DNA of 64,000 bases from Octopus vulgaris (Eukaryota). The stretch is from assembly GCA_951406725.2 (NCBI GenBank), contig OX597822.1, positions 30,008,001 to 30,072,000 on the forward strand, read 5' to 3'. The position numbers and the translations under genes were made by a program. Under the pieces are notes generated by a model. That model was given only the letters and a program-made list of their open reading frames with translations. It was not told where the DNA came from and did no database searches. Below, in pieces: positions 1 to 14,299 of the stretch (its first letter is position 1; the number at the start of each line of letters is the position of its first letter).

Positions 1-1622
<1,622 letters not shown>

Positions 1623-1936
1623 ATAGTGGAATATTGCAGATTTATCTGCCTAGTTACGTGCAATTGCGTAAAGCACATTTCCCTAACGATTCGAAGTTGG
1701 TGTTAATGCAGTACAAAGATATAGAAAATAGTATGAGATCCGATTGATGATTTAATCATCTCGGTATTGGTTCAGAGACAAAGACAAGCTGATACATGTC
1801 CTCTGATCGATATCTGAAATCTGACCGAGGCAACACTTTTTTTTTCTGTAAAATACAATACAATTATCAGTATACGTTGCATTCAAACAACAAATAGCAA
1901 CACAGGCAGTATAGTGTGTGTATGTGTGTGTATATG

Positions 1937-1973
<37 letters not shown>

Positions 1974-2622
1974 CAACAATTGAGGGTAAAATTAATTAAT
2001 TAATCAATTTCACCAAGTATTCAGTATACAAAGGGACCATTTAAGGCGAATTCAAATTATTACATTATATAAAAGGGCTTAGTAAAATAAATTAATTTGC
2101 CGCATACTGAACTCATTAGAAATAGCAGCTAAAAAAACTTTTTTAAAACTATCTCCAATACTTAAAGAAAATCTCTCTCGTATAGTGTTTGCTCAATTCA
2201 ACTCACGAAAGTATGAGGGTAGAGACATTAAGTTTTTTTAGCTGCTATTTCTAATGAGTTCAGTATGCGGCAAAGTAATTTATTTTACTAAGCCCTTTTA
2301 TATAATGTAATAATTTGAATTCGCCTTAAATGGTCCCTTTGTATACTGAATACTTGGTGAAATTGATTAATTAATTAATTTTACCCTCAATTGTTGAAAT
2401 TATAATTCATCTCTCTCTATATAATGCCTCGGATTTTACCGAAAAAAAGCATAATGTTTGCTGATTTTAGCCCACGCTGGTGGAAAGGGGAGAGCAGAAA
2501 TTCTTCGTTTGCATATTTGAATTTGCTAACACTGTTAGTTTTGAACAGATCTTCAGAAGCGATATCAGGCCGAAAGGGTATGTTCCCGCTTTCAGTGTTT
2601 TCAAATCCAAACCAGGGAGTTC

Positions 2623-2674
2623 TGAGCTGATGATAGAAGTGTCGATTTGACTAATCTTGAAACGTACGTTCTCA
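2623..2674 (+). ncRNA. Type I hammerhead ribozyme motif (GUU triplet)
   Basis: tgag-CTGATGA-[stem II aga..gtc/gac..tct]-GAAA-cgtacg (palindromic stem III)-TT-ctca; stem I is tgag/ctca. Confidence 0.6.
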
Positions 2675-3180
2675 AATAACCTTTGCATCTGATTTTTTAA
2701 TGTCTCTACCCTCATACTTTCGTGAGTTGAATTGAGCAAACACTATACGAGAGAGATTTTCTTTAAGTATTGGAGATAGTTTTAAAAAAGTTTTTTTAGC
2801 TGCTATTTCTAATGAGTTCAGTATGCGGCAAAGTAATTTATTTTACTAAGCCCTTTTATATAATGTAATAATTTGAATTCGCCTTAAATGGTCCCTTTGT
2901 ATACTGAATACTTGGTGAAATTGATTAATTAATTAATTTTACCCTCAATTGTTGAAATTATAATTCATCTCTCTCTATATAATGCCTCGGATTTTACCGA
3001 AAAAAAGCATAATGTTTGCTGATTTTAGCCCACGCTGGTGGAAAGGGGAGAGCAGAAATTCTTCGTTTGCATATTTGAATTTGCTAACACTGTTAGTTTT
3101 GAACAGATCTTCAGAAGCGATATCAGGCCGAAAGGGTATGTTCCCGCTTTCAGTGTTTTCAAATCCAAACCAGGGAGTTC

Positions 3181-3232
3181 TGAGCTGATGATAGAAGTGT
3201 CGATTTGACTAATCTTGAAACGTACGTTCTCA
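3181..3232 (+). ncRNA. Type I hammerhead ribozyme motif, second tandem copy
   Basis: Identical to 2623..2674, offset by 558 bp. Confidence 0.6.
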
Positions 3233-3436
3233 AATAACCTTTGCATCTGATTTTTTAATGTCTCTACCCTCATACTTTCGTGAGTTGAATTGAGCAAACA
3301 CTATACGAGAGAGATTTTCTTTAAGTATTGGAGATAGTTTTAAAAAAGTTTTTTTAGCTGCTATTTCTAATGAGTTCAGTATGCGGCAAAGTAATTTATT
3401 TTACTAAGCCCTTTTATATAATATATATATATATAT

Positions 3437-3622
3437 CCTTGTATTTTCTCTTCTTTTTTTCTCTCCTTGTTTCTCTCCTGTTTTCTGTGTCCCTTTCTGT
3501 AGAAGAGCGTAGGCTCGAAACGTAAAAGACCTTTTCTATTCCTGAGCGTTATACTAATACATCTGTTTGTTTTGTACACCACCTGTCTTCCGCTTTTGTT
3601 GTCTTTTTTCGTATATTCTCCC
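3437..3622 (+). mobile_element. Short PLE-type tail fragment with a degenerate minimal hammerhead (~3493..3528)
   Basis: cttt-CTGTAGA-A-gagc gtag gctc-GAAA-cg-TA-aaag. The tail GAGCGTTA..CTGTTTG..CACCTGTCTTC resembles 8880..8935. Confidence 0.5.
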
Positions 3623-3777
3623 TATATATACATACACACACACATAGAACAGAGAAACAAAAGTATTTTAATAACTGAATGCATGATAAAGATTTAAAAA
3701 AGATAGGAGGTAGGGAGAGAGCGAGAGAGAGAGACTGAAAAGGAGAGAGAAAGGGTGAGGGAGATACATATATGTAT

Positions 3778-4150
3778 ATCTTGGCACTCCGTCGGTTACG
3801 ACGACGAGGGTTCCAGTTGATCCCAGCCTGGTCGTGAAATTAACGTGCAAGGGGTTGAGCACTCTACAGACACGTGTACCCTTAACGTAGTTCTCGGGGA
3901 GATTCAGCGTGACACAGAGTGTGACAAGGCAGAACCTTTGGAATACAGGTAAAACAGAAACAGGAAGAAAGAGTGAGAGAAGTTATGGTGAAAGAGTACA
4001 GAAGGATTCGCCCCCCACTCCTGCCGGTGTCTCGTGGAGCTTTAGGTGTTTTCACTCAACAAACACTCACAACACCGGGTCTGGAAATCGAAACCACGAT
4101 CCTACGACCGCGAGTCCGCTGCGCTAACCACTTGGCCATCGCGCCTCCAC
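3778..4150 (-). mobile_element. tRNA-derived SINE
   Basis: On the minus strand the head reads GTGGAGGCGCGATGGCCAAGTGGTTAGCGCAGCGGACTCGCGG..GGTTTCGATTTCC (A/B boxes). A related copy lies at 43217..43480. Confidence 0.8.
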
Positions 4151-4242
4151 AGATATATGTTTATGTTCACACATCATATGTGCATGCATAGATACACACA
4201 CACACATTATACACATACATATGTATATGTATGCATATATAT

Positions 4243-4898
4243 GTTTCCTTATTACCCACAAGGGGCTAAACACAGAGGGGACAAACAAGGACAGACAAAC
4301 GGATTAAGTCGACAACATCGACCCCAGTGCGTAATTGGTACTTAATTTATCGACCTCGAAAGGATGAAAGGCAAAGTCGACCTCGGCGGAATTTGAACTC
4401 ACAACGTAACGGCAGACGAAATACCTATTTCTTTACTACCCACAAGGGGTTAAACACAGAGAGGACGAACAAGGACAGACAAACGGATTAAGTCGATAAC
4501 ATCGACCCCAGTGCGTAACTGGTACTTAATTTATCGACCCCGAAAGGATGAAAGGCAAAGTCGACCTCGGCGGAATTTGAACTCAGAACGTAACGGTAGA
4601 CGAAATACCGCTAAGCATTTCGCCCGGCGTGCTAACGTTTCTGCCATCTCGCCGCCTTATATATGTATGCATATATATATTTCTTTACTACCCACAAGGG
4701 CTAAACATAGAGGGGACAAACAAAGGGATTAAGTCGATTATATCGACCCCAGTGCGTAACTGGTACTTAATTTATCGACCCCGAAAGGATGAAAGGCAAA
4801 GTCGACCTCGGCGGAATTTGAACCCAGAACACGTGACAGCAGACGAAATACGGCTACGCATTTCGCCCTGCGTGCTAACGATTCTGCCAGCTCGCCGC
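4243..4898 (-). mobile_element. Cluster/multimer of tRNA-derived Meta-domain-like SINEs
   Basis: Three units contain GACTTTGCCTTTCATCCTTTCG(G/A)GGTCGATAAATTAAGTACC on the minus strand; heads read GGCGGCGAGCTGGCAGAA..GAGTTCAAATTCC. Confidence 0.85.
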
Positions 4899-4920
4899 CT
4901 GTTATATGTATGCATATATA

Positions 4921-7900
4921 GGCTCGGCTCGGCTCGCACGACTTCGTTTTTTGGGTGTCGGTGAATTTCTTTATTACCTATAAAAGGCTACATAGAGGGG
5001 GGCAAAACAATCACGAATGATTTTTTACGTTATGATGTATTTTGGGATCGATAAAAATTGGATGATAGTTATACGGTTTCGAATGATGATACAACCCCAC
5101 GAACCCCGCCGCGACACTTGGTCTTATGTTTTTTTCTTTTTCTTTTACGTCCTATCTCGTATTTATGAGGGACCTTTTACTCACGACATTTTTCCACCTT
5201 TCATTGAACACTTTCTTACTCAGGCTCCTCCTCTCTAGTTCTATTTGTCTTTTCAGGTGGAATTTAAAAAGCACCACCAGGCTAGAACCAGAGATGAAGT
5301 CGCCTGTTATCATCCCTTTCATCCTTGTCTTCCACACTACCTGTTTCGCAGTTGAAACCACAGAGAGAAAACAATTCTTACCTTCTTTCGTTAAGAAATC
5401 CGGTGGGCTGATTTTTACAATGGATTCAGCTGATAGCTGTACTCCTCCTCCATTTGACAACAGTTGTTCGGCAAAAACCCACATATCTGTCACCTCCGAA
5501 CACTGCACGATCGCGTGCAAGACGGTTTCCCTGTCTTTCCCACATCTCGGACAGGTCGGGCTGACTTGGCCACCACGCCTTGCGAGTTTGTCCCGAACAG
5601 GTAAGGCTCCTCGGTAACACTGCCAAGCCAAGGACTTCTGGAAATTATCCAGAGTCCTCGGCTCAAATGTACGTTGGAACAGACTGGCCAGCTGATTATC
5701 GTCGAAACCTAGGGTCTCCCCTAACGTATATTCGCAACCGGCCTCTACAAACCCTCTATAGAAAACAGCGGTAGAACCACTGCCGCAGGCATTGCCCGAG
5801 CGACGGAATAGGCGGAGTGCCTTGCGACACTCCGTATACCATGAACCCAAATTCGATCTGCGATTATACCAGTCTTCCTGTCCACCGAAACTGGTGAACT
5901 TGGGAAACATCTGTTTCGCCAGCGGAGACCACACCCGTTCACCATCCAGATGGAGCCACAGATGCCTTAGCCTCAGCGCATTTATGCGCATCATTAGCCA
6001 CGGCATCCCTAGTCCACCCTTTAACGTTTTTGACAACAAATAGAGCATTTCACAAGTGGTTTCGAGCCCTTCCATAAGAAGAGAAAGAGCTGTCTTTCCA
6101 ACCTGGTCAACCACGAAACCGGGCAAGGCACGACGGCAAGGCGGTAGGTGATCACCGATGCGATAAACACATTGGCTACCTCCGCCCTACTTTTCAGGGA
6201 TAACCACCGACAAGACCAGGTCTTGACTACTGCGGCCACCCTGCTCGATACCTCGCTCCAGTTCTTCTCTACTTGGAGGTCTGGTCCAAACCAAACCCCG
6301 AGCAACTTAATCGGACCCTCCGTCCAACGTCTCACGACGCTGTCTGGAGGCATCGACTTGCCTCTCCAGGTGCCGAGTTGCAAGCCAACTGGATTTTCGC
6401 GATTAACTTTTGCTCCTGTCACCGTCTCGTAAACCTCTATGGCCTTGCCTACTTTACGTAGAAGGTCCACTTCGGTCACGATGATAGTGATGTCATCCGC
6501 GTACGCCGAAACCGACATTCCACGACCTGGCTGCCTCAGGATGCCACTCAGTTTTCGCAGCAGCGGCTCAAGAGCCACTACATACAAAAGCGGGGAGAGT
6601 GGGCATCCCCGACGAACCGAGCGTTTGACTTTGAACGGCTTAGAAAGAAAGCCGTTCACCCGAACTACCGAGTCGACGTTGTCGTACATTTCGATGATCC
6701 ACCTGAGGAAGCCAAGACCCAGGCCGAACTGAGCCAGAACGGACACCAGGTAATGATGGTCGACCCTATCGAAAGCTTTTGATTGGTCTAAATGGATCAC
6801 TGCCCCTCCCTTGCCGGGATCGTTATTAATTCCCTCTATAGTGTATCTAATGAGATGGAGATTATCCTGAATGGACCTGCCCGGTACGGCACACGTTTGT
6901 GCTTTCCCGATCAGTCCACTCGCGACACGCGCCAATCTGTTCGATAACACTTTGGCTAAAATCTTCAGCTCTGCGTTAAGCAGAGTGATGGGCCTAAAAT
7001 TATCAATGACACCCCCCTTGCTCGGGTCCTTCCTGACTAGTGTCACCACTCCCCGACGCACAGACCTGGGAATAAACCTATTCTGTTGCCAGTTCGCGTA
7101 GACGTTCGCCGGTAAGTCCCCGAACAAGTCCGGCATACTCTTGTAAAGCTCGTAAGGTAGACCATCCAGTCCCGGTGCCTTACCCGCATCGCAGTCAGCC
7201 ATGGCCTCTATTACTTCCTCAGGTGTGATCGGCTCCTCACTACACTTCGCGTCTCGCTCCGAGAGGCGCGGCAGCCCGTCGAGGAGGTCCGTTAGGTCCC
7301 TCCTCCTATCCGGTCCGCCGCTCCCCCCCAAAGAGCTGGGCGAAGTGGTCCTGAAAAGCTTGACACATCTCCTCGGGCTCGTCTATCAACTTACCCTGTT
7401 GGTTTGTCAGAGATCGAATTGTTGAGCTTCCACCACTTGGGCCCATCTCACGGCATTGATTCCTTCGCTCCCCATTGCACGTTGTCTAGCCCTGACAATG
7501 CAACCCATGTGCTTGGCTTCGAGGTGCTGGTTCAAAACCAGCCTCTTGACCCTCACCTGAGCCGCAGTGCCAGTTCGCATTGCTTCCTCTAAGTCCTTGA
7601 CTAGTGTTGATTCCTTTCTAGCCTCTCTAGCTACAAGATCTATACTATACCTAATAGACTCGTATCGGATTGCTCGCTTGAGGGCATACAACCATTTGTT
7701 GTTAATAATGGATCCGGTCATGGCCCTCTGAATCATTAACCTAATCCTGTCACTGTACTCCTTAATTGCCAAGAGGGACGTATTAAGTTTCCAGTAACCA
7801 GGACCTCTATTTGTCTTATCTATGTCTAGCCTACAGGTGACCATCTTGTGGTCACTGTAGCTGACCATGTGGAGCTGTGGACTTTTAGCTAGGTTTCTAT

Positions 7901-8498
7901 CTACCTTTCTAATTAGTATCCTGTCTATGTATGACTTGAGAGATCCGCCACCGCTTGACCATGTCCACAATGGAGCGTTCGGATGTTCCAGTCTATATGG
8001 ATCTACCAGCTCAAAACGTCTTAGAAGATCCAGGAAGCAAGCATTTCCTTTCCTATCTGTACGCGAGCCTTCACAGTCTACCCGCGCATCGCATACTGTG
8101 TTGAAGTCTCCTAACATTACTAAAGGGTGCGATGTACTCAGAAACTTACCGAGGTTCCGGAAATAATCACTTTGCCCCTTGTTTTCGTTGGGTGCGTAAA
8201 TCGCAACCAGCCTGATTGTCTTACGACTACAGAACGTCAAATCAACGACGACCAGCCTACCCTCTGGATCTGCAAAAATCAACTTTTTCTCAGAAACCCG
8301 TTTCTTTTTACACAGGACCAACACCCGGCTTCCGCCGGACGACGGGTTCGGAGAGATAATTCCCTCATAACCATCGAACAGCGGGAGCAGATCTCTTGGC
8401 CCCTTTAACTGTGGCAACAACAGCATCTAAATCTCGTGACCTGATGTCATTTAGGAGGCGCCCTTGCTTCCAGTTCGACATCAGGCCACGCACATTTA
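4921..8498 (-). mobile_element. L1/Tx1-clade LINE with near-complete, frameshifted ORF2 (APE, RT, zinc finger); no ORF1
   Basis: Starts at LNVRGL (~8498). ORF 7407..8426 has GRLVVV, AIYAPN, LGDFN, YIDRILI, SDH, GPGYWKLN. ORF 6021..7331 has KAPGLDGLP, FRPITLLN, DQSKAFDRVDH, GCPLSPLLY, YADD. ORF 5152..6126 has CPRCGKDRETVLHAIVQC. Confidence 0.93.
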
Positions 8499-8981
8499 GT
8501 TTTTGGGTGTGGATGAATAAGCGACAGATTTTTCACGTTTAAATAAGAAATGAAATTCATTGAGAGGTTAACTTTAGTTCATCATGCAAATAATAGCCAA
8601 TAGGAATATTCCACTCTCTACTATAAAAAAATAATTTAAGATTAAAGGTTTGTGCATAAGTGTTCATTGGATCTAATTGGACCGTATTTTCAAAAAGCTT
8701 TTATATTCTAAAAATTTAATTTTAAAGTTTAAGAAAATTATAAGACGCTAAATATTTATGCTTACAACATACTAAAATGTCTGTAATATTTTATATAGGG
8801 GCGAATAATTGAATTCTTGTGTCCCCTATATCTAATTTTAAAATTAGTAGCACTCCCTATATAAATTTTCCTAAGTCCGGAGCGTTAAATTAATAAACCT
8901 GTTTGCTGTTTACACACCTGTCTTCGTCTTTTGCTCGCTTCTTTTGTAATATCCAAATATATATGTATGTATGTGTGTGTA

Positions 8982-9026
<45 letters not shown>

Positions 9027-9094
9027 ATTTCGCAGACAGGAACTGAAACAAATCGATCGTATATATATGTATGTATATATGTAAGTGTATGTGT

Positions 9095-11787
9095 TTTAGT
9101 ATTGGCAACATGAATGACAATGGCCAGAGACTACTTGAATTTTGCACATACCATCACCTGTGCATCACTATTACATTCTTTACCAACAAGACATCCCACA
9201 AGGCATCTTGGAGAAATCCAAGATCTCACCACTGGTATCAGCTGGATCTCATCATTACACGAAGACCCTTTCTGAATTCTGTTCAACTGACTCGTAGTTA
9301 CCACAGCGCGGATTGTGACACAGATCATTCACTAATAAGAAGCAGGGTGAGGATTCTGCCTAAAAAGTCCATGGCTCCAAGAAAATGGGCCGACCACACA
9401 TTAACATTGCCAGAACCTCCGACCCTACACTGCGACAATGTTTTGCTGTTTCTATCAAAGTTGCCCTCAGTAGCTGCCCAACCACCTCTGCTGAAAGTAG
9501 GTGGAATTATATCAGGGAAGCTTTGTATACCACATCAATAGATACTTTCGGCATGAGAGAAAGGCAAAACCCAGATTTTGTTCAGTGCTGGGCTCTCAGA
9601 GCTGGAAATAGTTATCGAAACAAAGCGTGCAGCTCTGATGTAATACAAGAGTGATTCTTCTATAAAGTCACTCGAAGAACTCAGAAAGGCAAGAAATAAA
9701 ATCCAACTGACTGCCAGACGCTGTGCAAATAGGCATTGGCAGGAAATCTGCCAGGGTATCCAATCAGCTGCTGACAGTGGCGAAACCCGTGGGATGTATG
9801 CCGGTTTGAAGAAGGCCATCGGTCCATACGCAACCAAGTCAGCCCCTCTGAAATCAACTATTGGGGATCTCAACAAGGACCAAAGTAAGCAAATGGATAG
9901 ATGGGTGCAGTACTACCAGGATCTCTACTCACGAGAGACCACGGTAGCTGAAGCTGCAATCGAGGGTGTCAAGATCTTGCCAGTCATATGTGAACTTGAC
10001 AGTCTGCCATCTATAGCAGAGCTCACCAAGGCTATTGACTCCCTAGCAAGTAACAAGGCTCCGGGAAAACACGGCATCACATTAGAGATCATCAAAACCG
10101 GCAAAAACACCATCCTGCTTCGGCACATTCATGAGCTTCTGTGTCAGTGCTGGAAAGAGGGTACAGTCCTTCAGGATATGCGGGATGCTAACATCATTAC
10201 GCTTTACAAAAACAAAGGTGACCGTGGTGATTGTAACAATTACCGTGGAATATCTCTTCTAAGCACTGTTGGAAAGGCCTCTGCTCGCATTATCCTGTCC
10301 AGGCTGCAACTACTTGCTTCTCGAATTTATCCAGAATCGCAGTGAGGCTTTAGAAGAAGCAGATCAACTATTGACATATTCTCCATACGCCAACTTCAGG
10401 AGAAGTCCAGAGAGCAGAAAATGCCATTATATATGGCCTTCATTGATCTGACAAAGGCCTTTGACTTGGTAAGTAGAAAAGGCCTCTTCATCCTGCTCCA
10501 AAAAAATCGGATGACCACCAGAGCTGCTGAGGATCATCACATCTTTCCATGATGATATGCAAGGCACCATACAGCACAATGGTTCAACATCAGCCGCCTT
10601 CCAAATAAAAAACGGGGTAAAGCAAGGTTGTGTACTTGCTCCTACATTATTTGGCATCTTCTCGCTGCTGCTGTCACATGCCTTTGTGGCATCAGATGAC
10701 GGAGTGTTTCTGCACAGTAGAAGTGATGGGAAACTGTTCAATCTCTCGCGTCTGCGTGCCAAGACCAAAATCAGAAGCGTCCTGATCAAGGAGATGCTAT
10801 TTGCTGATGATGCCGCTCTGGTGTCACACACAGAAGCCCTACAAAGGCTCATCAACTGTTTTGAGCAAGAATGTGGCAACTTTGGCTTATTTATCAGCCT
10901 CAAGAAGACCAACATCATGGATCAGGCTACATCGACCATCCCAAACATACATATTGGAGACCACAGAATACAGGAGGGGGATAAGTTTACCTATCTTGGC
11001 TCTACCGTCACCTACAACCTATCCCTATACTGAACTCAATATACGTATTGGCAAGGCAGCTGCTGTGATGGCCCAACTCTCCAAACTGGCATGGGAAAAC
11101 AATAAGCTGACCAAGACCACAAAAATGAACCGTATGGAAGTGAGACTTGGACGCCATACACACGACATACGACGCCATACGTCGCCTAAATATCTTTCAC
11201 CTGTGCTGCCTCCGGAAAATCCTTCGCATCAAATGGCAGAATCATGTCCCCAACAAAGATGTCCTCAAGCAAGCAGGAATACCATGCATGTTTACACTCC
11301 TCACACAAAGGCGTATGAGATGGCTTCGACATGTTAGCCGTATGGAAGATGGCAGAATCCCCAAGGACATACTCAACGGAGAGCTTGTTAGGGGCACTAG
11401 GTCTGTGGGAAGACCGTTCTTACGATACAAGGATGTTTGCAAAAGGGACATGAATGCCTGCAACATTAATATGACCAACTGGGAAGCAGTTGCCAGTAAC
11501 CTTGGAGATTGGCGACCTACCGTAAAAGAGGGAACATAAAGGAGTGACATAGTGGGAGAGGAGAAATGGAAAGACAAGAAAAGACGTCAACAAGAAAGTA
11601 TGACATTACAACCAGCCAGGCAAAGTCTTCGCTACATTTGCGGCACCTGCCAGAGGGAGTGTTTGTCCAGGATATGACTACACAGTCACAGCAGGAGATG
11701 TATTAGGACATGAAATGTAAAAGCCGGACTAGATTATTTTATGCGCAACTCCATTGTCTCCCGAGACAAAAAGGATGCCAACAACAA
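9095..11787 (+). mobile_element. RTE-clade LINE, 5'-truncated and frameshifted (APE C-terminus plus RT)
   Basis: NDNGQRLLEFC, QLDLIITRR, ADCDTDHSL; KAPG, NNYRGISLLS, FIDLTKAFD, GVKQGCVLAPTLF, LFADD; MRWLRHVSRMEDGRIPK. The 3' end is CCATTGTCTCCCGAGACAAAAAGGATGCC(AAC)n. Direct repeats at 9026..9094 and 11796..11860 flank it. Confidence 0.93.
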
Positions 11788-12048
11788 TATATATGGATTT
11801 CGTAGACAGGAACTGAAACAAATCAATCGTATATATATGTATATATGTAAGTGTATGTGTGTGTCTTTGTGTCTGTGTTTCGCCCTCATCACTGCTTCAC
11901 AACTGCTGTTCATTTATTTACATCCACAAAACTTACTGGTTTCACAAGAACAAATTAATAGAATAAGTACTAGGCTTATCAACATAAAAAAAGCACTAGG
12001 CTGTGTCTCATATTTTTGTTTGCCCACTCAGTTGTATCTACCAATTTA

Positions 12049-12052
12049 TCTT

Positions 12053-12115
<63 letters not shown>

Positions 12116-13164
12116 CACTCTAATGGGAGCCTTAACTCCCAAATTTTAGTCATTTCTTTTATGATCCAAAACTAGGTCAGAAGTACTGAATGGATCTTTA
12201 TGAAATTTGGAAATTATATTCTAAGCATAAGGGCCATAACCCCCATGACAATTCATATATTTTTGCTGTTGATGAAATTTTAACCATAGATATTAGACAC
12301 AAATGAAGTAATATTTATAAAATTTCAACTTCTTACGAAGTTAGAAAGACCCCTCCATAGGGACTTAACACCCACAATTTAGTCATTTTATCTAAGCAAA
12401 AACGAATACAGTTGTGCTCTTGGAAGCTGTAGGGTTACCCGAGCATAAAAGTTGGGCATTATTTCTAATTCAATGGTACAACAATGTAACAGTTTGCTTT
12501 GACATACACTTACATTCTGATTTCTGCAATGTGGTGCATAAATTGTTAAGTAAACGAGTGACATCTTTGTCTCCACTGATTCAGTTGCAAAGTGTTGAGT
12601 AAAGTTATTTAATTGCAGACCTCCTTTCAGTCTTTTTATTATCACTCGGTCACACATAGTCCCCTGATGAAAACATTGATTACAAGGCCTTCCCAGATGA
12701 GTGACTGGTTATTTAAAGACATTTATAAATTTTAAATTCATTCTGTCCAGTTACGTATCAGTATAGTGGTCATTTGCAAACTCCAGAGGTGACATTTTAA
12801 TTTCTCCTAAGCCCTCACGTTACACAGTTGTTAATTTTGATTTCAGTTGGGTCACGCCCTTCCAATTGCTATAGATTCATAATGCATCTTACAGCTGTGC
12901 CTGTCACCGGGATAGTGAGGAATCCTACATTGGGTGTGGTAACGACTAGGGTAGGGTAACTGACTGCTTATTGTGATCATTCGTATTTTGGTTTCGATGT
13001 GGCACGATTACAATTTTTTTAGGGTGTGTAAAGAGGGAAATAACCCTTATCTGCAATTTTGATGAAATTCGAAACATAGATATTCCAGTTCATTCAGAAA
13101 ATATAACAGAAAAGTCTAATTCTTCAAGTGACTGTAACCGGGCAACGTCGGGTATCTCTGCTAG
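12049..13164 (+). mobile_element. Putative non-autonomous Helitron (3' end clear, 5' end approximate)
   Basis: A 3' hairpin ccgggcaacgtcgg is followed by tatctctgCTAG|T at 13161-13165. The same terminal motif occurs at 27576, 28088 and 38354. Confidence 0.6.
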
Positions 13165-13261
13165 TATATATATAAGGATAAGATCGTTAATTTAATTATC
13201 GATCTTATCAAGTGGCCAGCATGGGAATAAAAACCTTCAAAGGTAATAATTATTATTAAAA

Positions 13262-13812
13262 TTATAATTTAGGGTATCTAAGGGATACCTCCACGCTGGA
13301 AATAGCAGCCGAAACTTGACTCTAAAACCACATTAAATGTTCATACAGCACCAGGAGAGAAGACAAAAGGAGATGAACTAGCAAAAAATTATTGGATAAT
13401 TGCAGATCCCCGGATTTCTGACTTTGCATAAGAAATGCTTTGCCTCATCAGTAGAATGTTACACAGATAATAACATAAATTACACATATATGTATACATA
13501 ACATACGAATACTTACATTCATATATGTAGTATTCGTATGTTATACGTATATATGTAAGTATTCGTATGTTATATGTATATATATGTGTATTATGTTACT
13601 ATCTGCGTATATTCCACTGAGGAGGCAAAGCATTTCTTATGCAAAGTCAGAAATCCGGGATCTGGAATTATCCAGTAATTTTTGGGCTAGTTCATTTTGT
13701 CCTTTTGTCTTCTCTCCTGGTGCTGTATGAACATTTAATGTAGTTTTAGAGTCAAGATTTGGCTGCTATTTCCAGCGTGCTGGTATCTCTTAGATACCCT
13801 AAATTAGAATAT
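13262..13812. mobile_element. Fold-back (~250-bp arms) non-autonomous PLE-like element with a hammerhead in each arm
   Basis: 13265..13520 is an imperfect reverse complement of 13550..13807; it sits in a (TA)n context. Confidence 0.75.
13612..13667 (+). ncRNA. Type I hammerhead ribozyme motif (AUC triplet)
   Basis: ttcca-CTGAGGA-ggc..gcat/atgc..gtc-a-GAAA-tccggga-TC-tggaa, with 5-bp stem I ttcca/tggaa. The mirror copy on the minus strand (~13400..13456) has core CTGATGA. Confidence 0.75.
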
Positions 13813-13846
<34 letters not shown>

Positions 13847-14299
13847 CTGAATGGGCGTGGAAACCGAGGAACCATGAATAGTGACGGAGTGAGCAACTAG
13901 CAGCTTATAAGAAATAAATGTAGTCTACGACAAGTATTTAATACTTTTCTTTTCGTTTGAAAAAAGAGAAAAAAGAATCCCTACACTCGCACACATGCAC
14001 ACACACATACACACACACATACACACACACACACACTGAAATGTTTTCTTTAGTTTTTCTGGTAGAGTTACATAAAAGTGCTCAATATGGCATGACTAAT
14101 AAATTTGTAGATTCCTTGCTACGGTAATTCATATGGAGGGCAAATACGGATTACATAAAGAAACTTCAGCTTCGTACAATTGGCTTTTTGGGATGATGTT
14201 ACACACCAGCAGTTTGAGAGGACGGCACTGTCAGCGGCATAACTATGTCGTGGTTGCATGTTTTTCTTTGTTTTTAAATAATAACGTGATCGTCGAAGT

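Larger units (their letters stand above)
1971..3420 (+). mobile_element. Penelope-like pseudo-LTR array: inverted partial unit followed by ~2.1 direct 558-bp units
   Basis: 2232..2789 matches 2790..3347 (the ORF track repeats with a 558 offset), with a partial third unit to ~3420. 1971..2231 is the reverse complement of unit-junction sequence. Each full unit carries a hammerhead motif and the array is flanked by (TA)n. Confidence 0.75.

Noticed and set aside
2424-3297. Duplicated 68-aa and 90-aa ORFs as small genes
   Set aside because: They are incidental frames within the 558-bp repeat unit and show no recognisable motifs.
5126-8408. Plus-strand ORFs overlapping the Tx1 LINE, and minus-strand ORFs over the RTE and over exons 1 and 8
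   Set aside because: They are antisense shadows of real coding frames and carry no motifs of their own.
12664-12700. CTGATGA and CAGATGA as a possible hammerhead core
   Set aside because: No stem II followed by GAAA-stem III-UH and no stem I pairing could be built.
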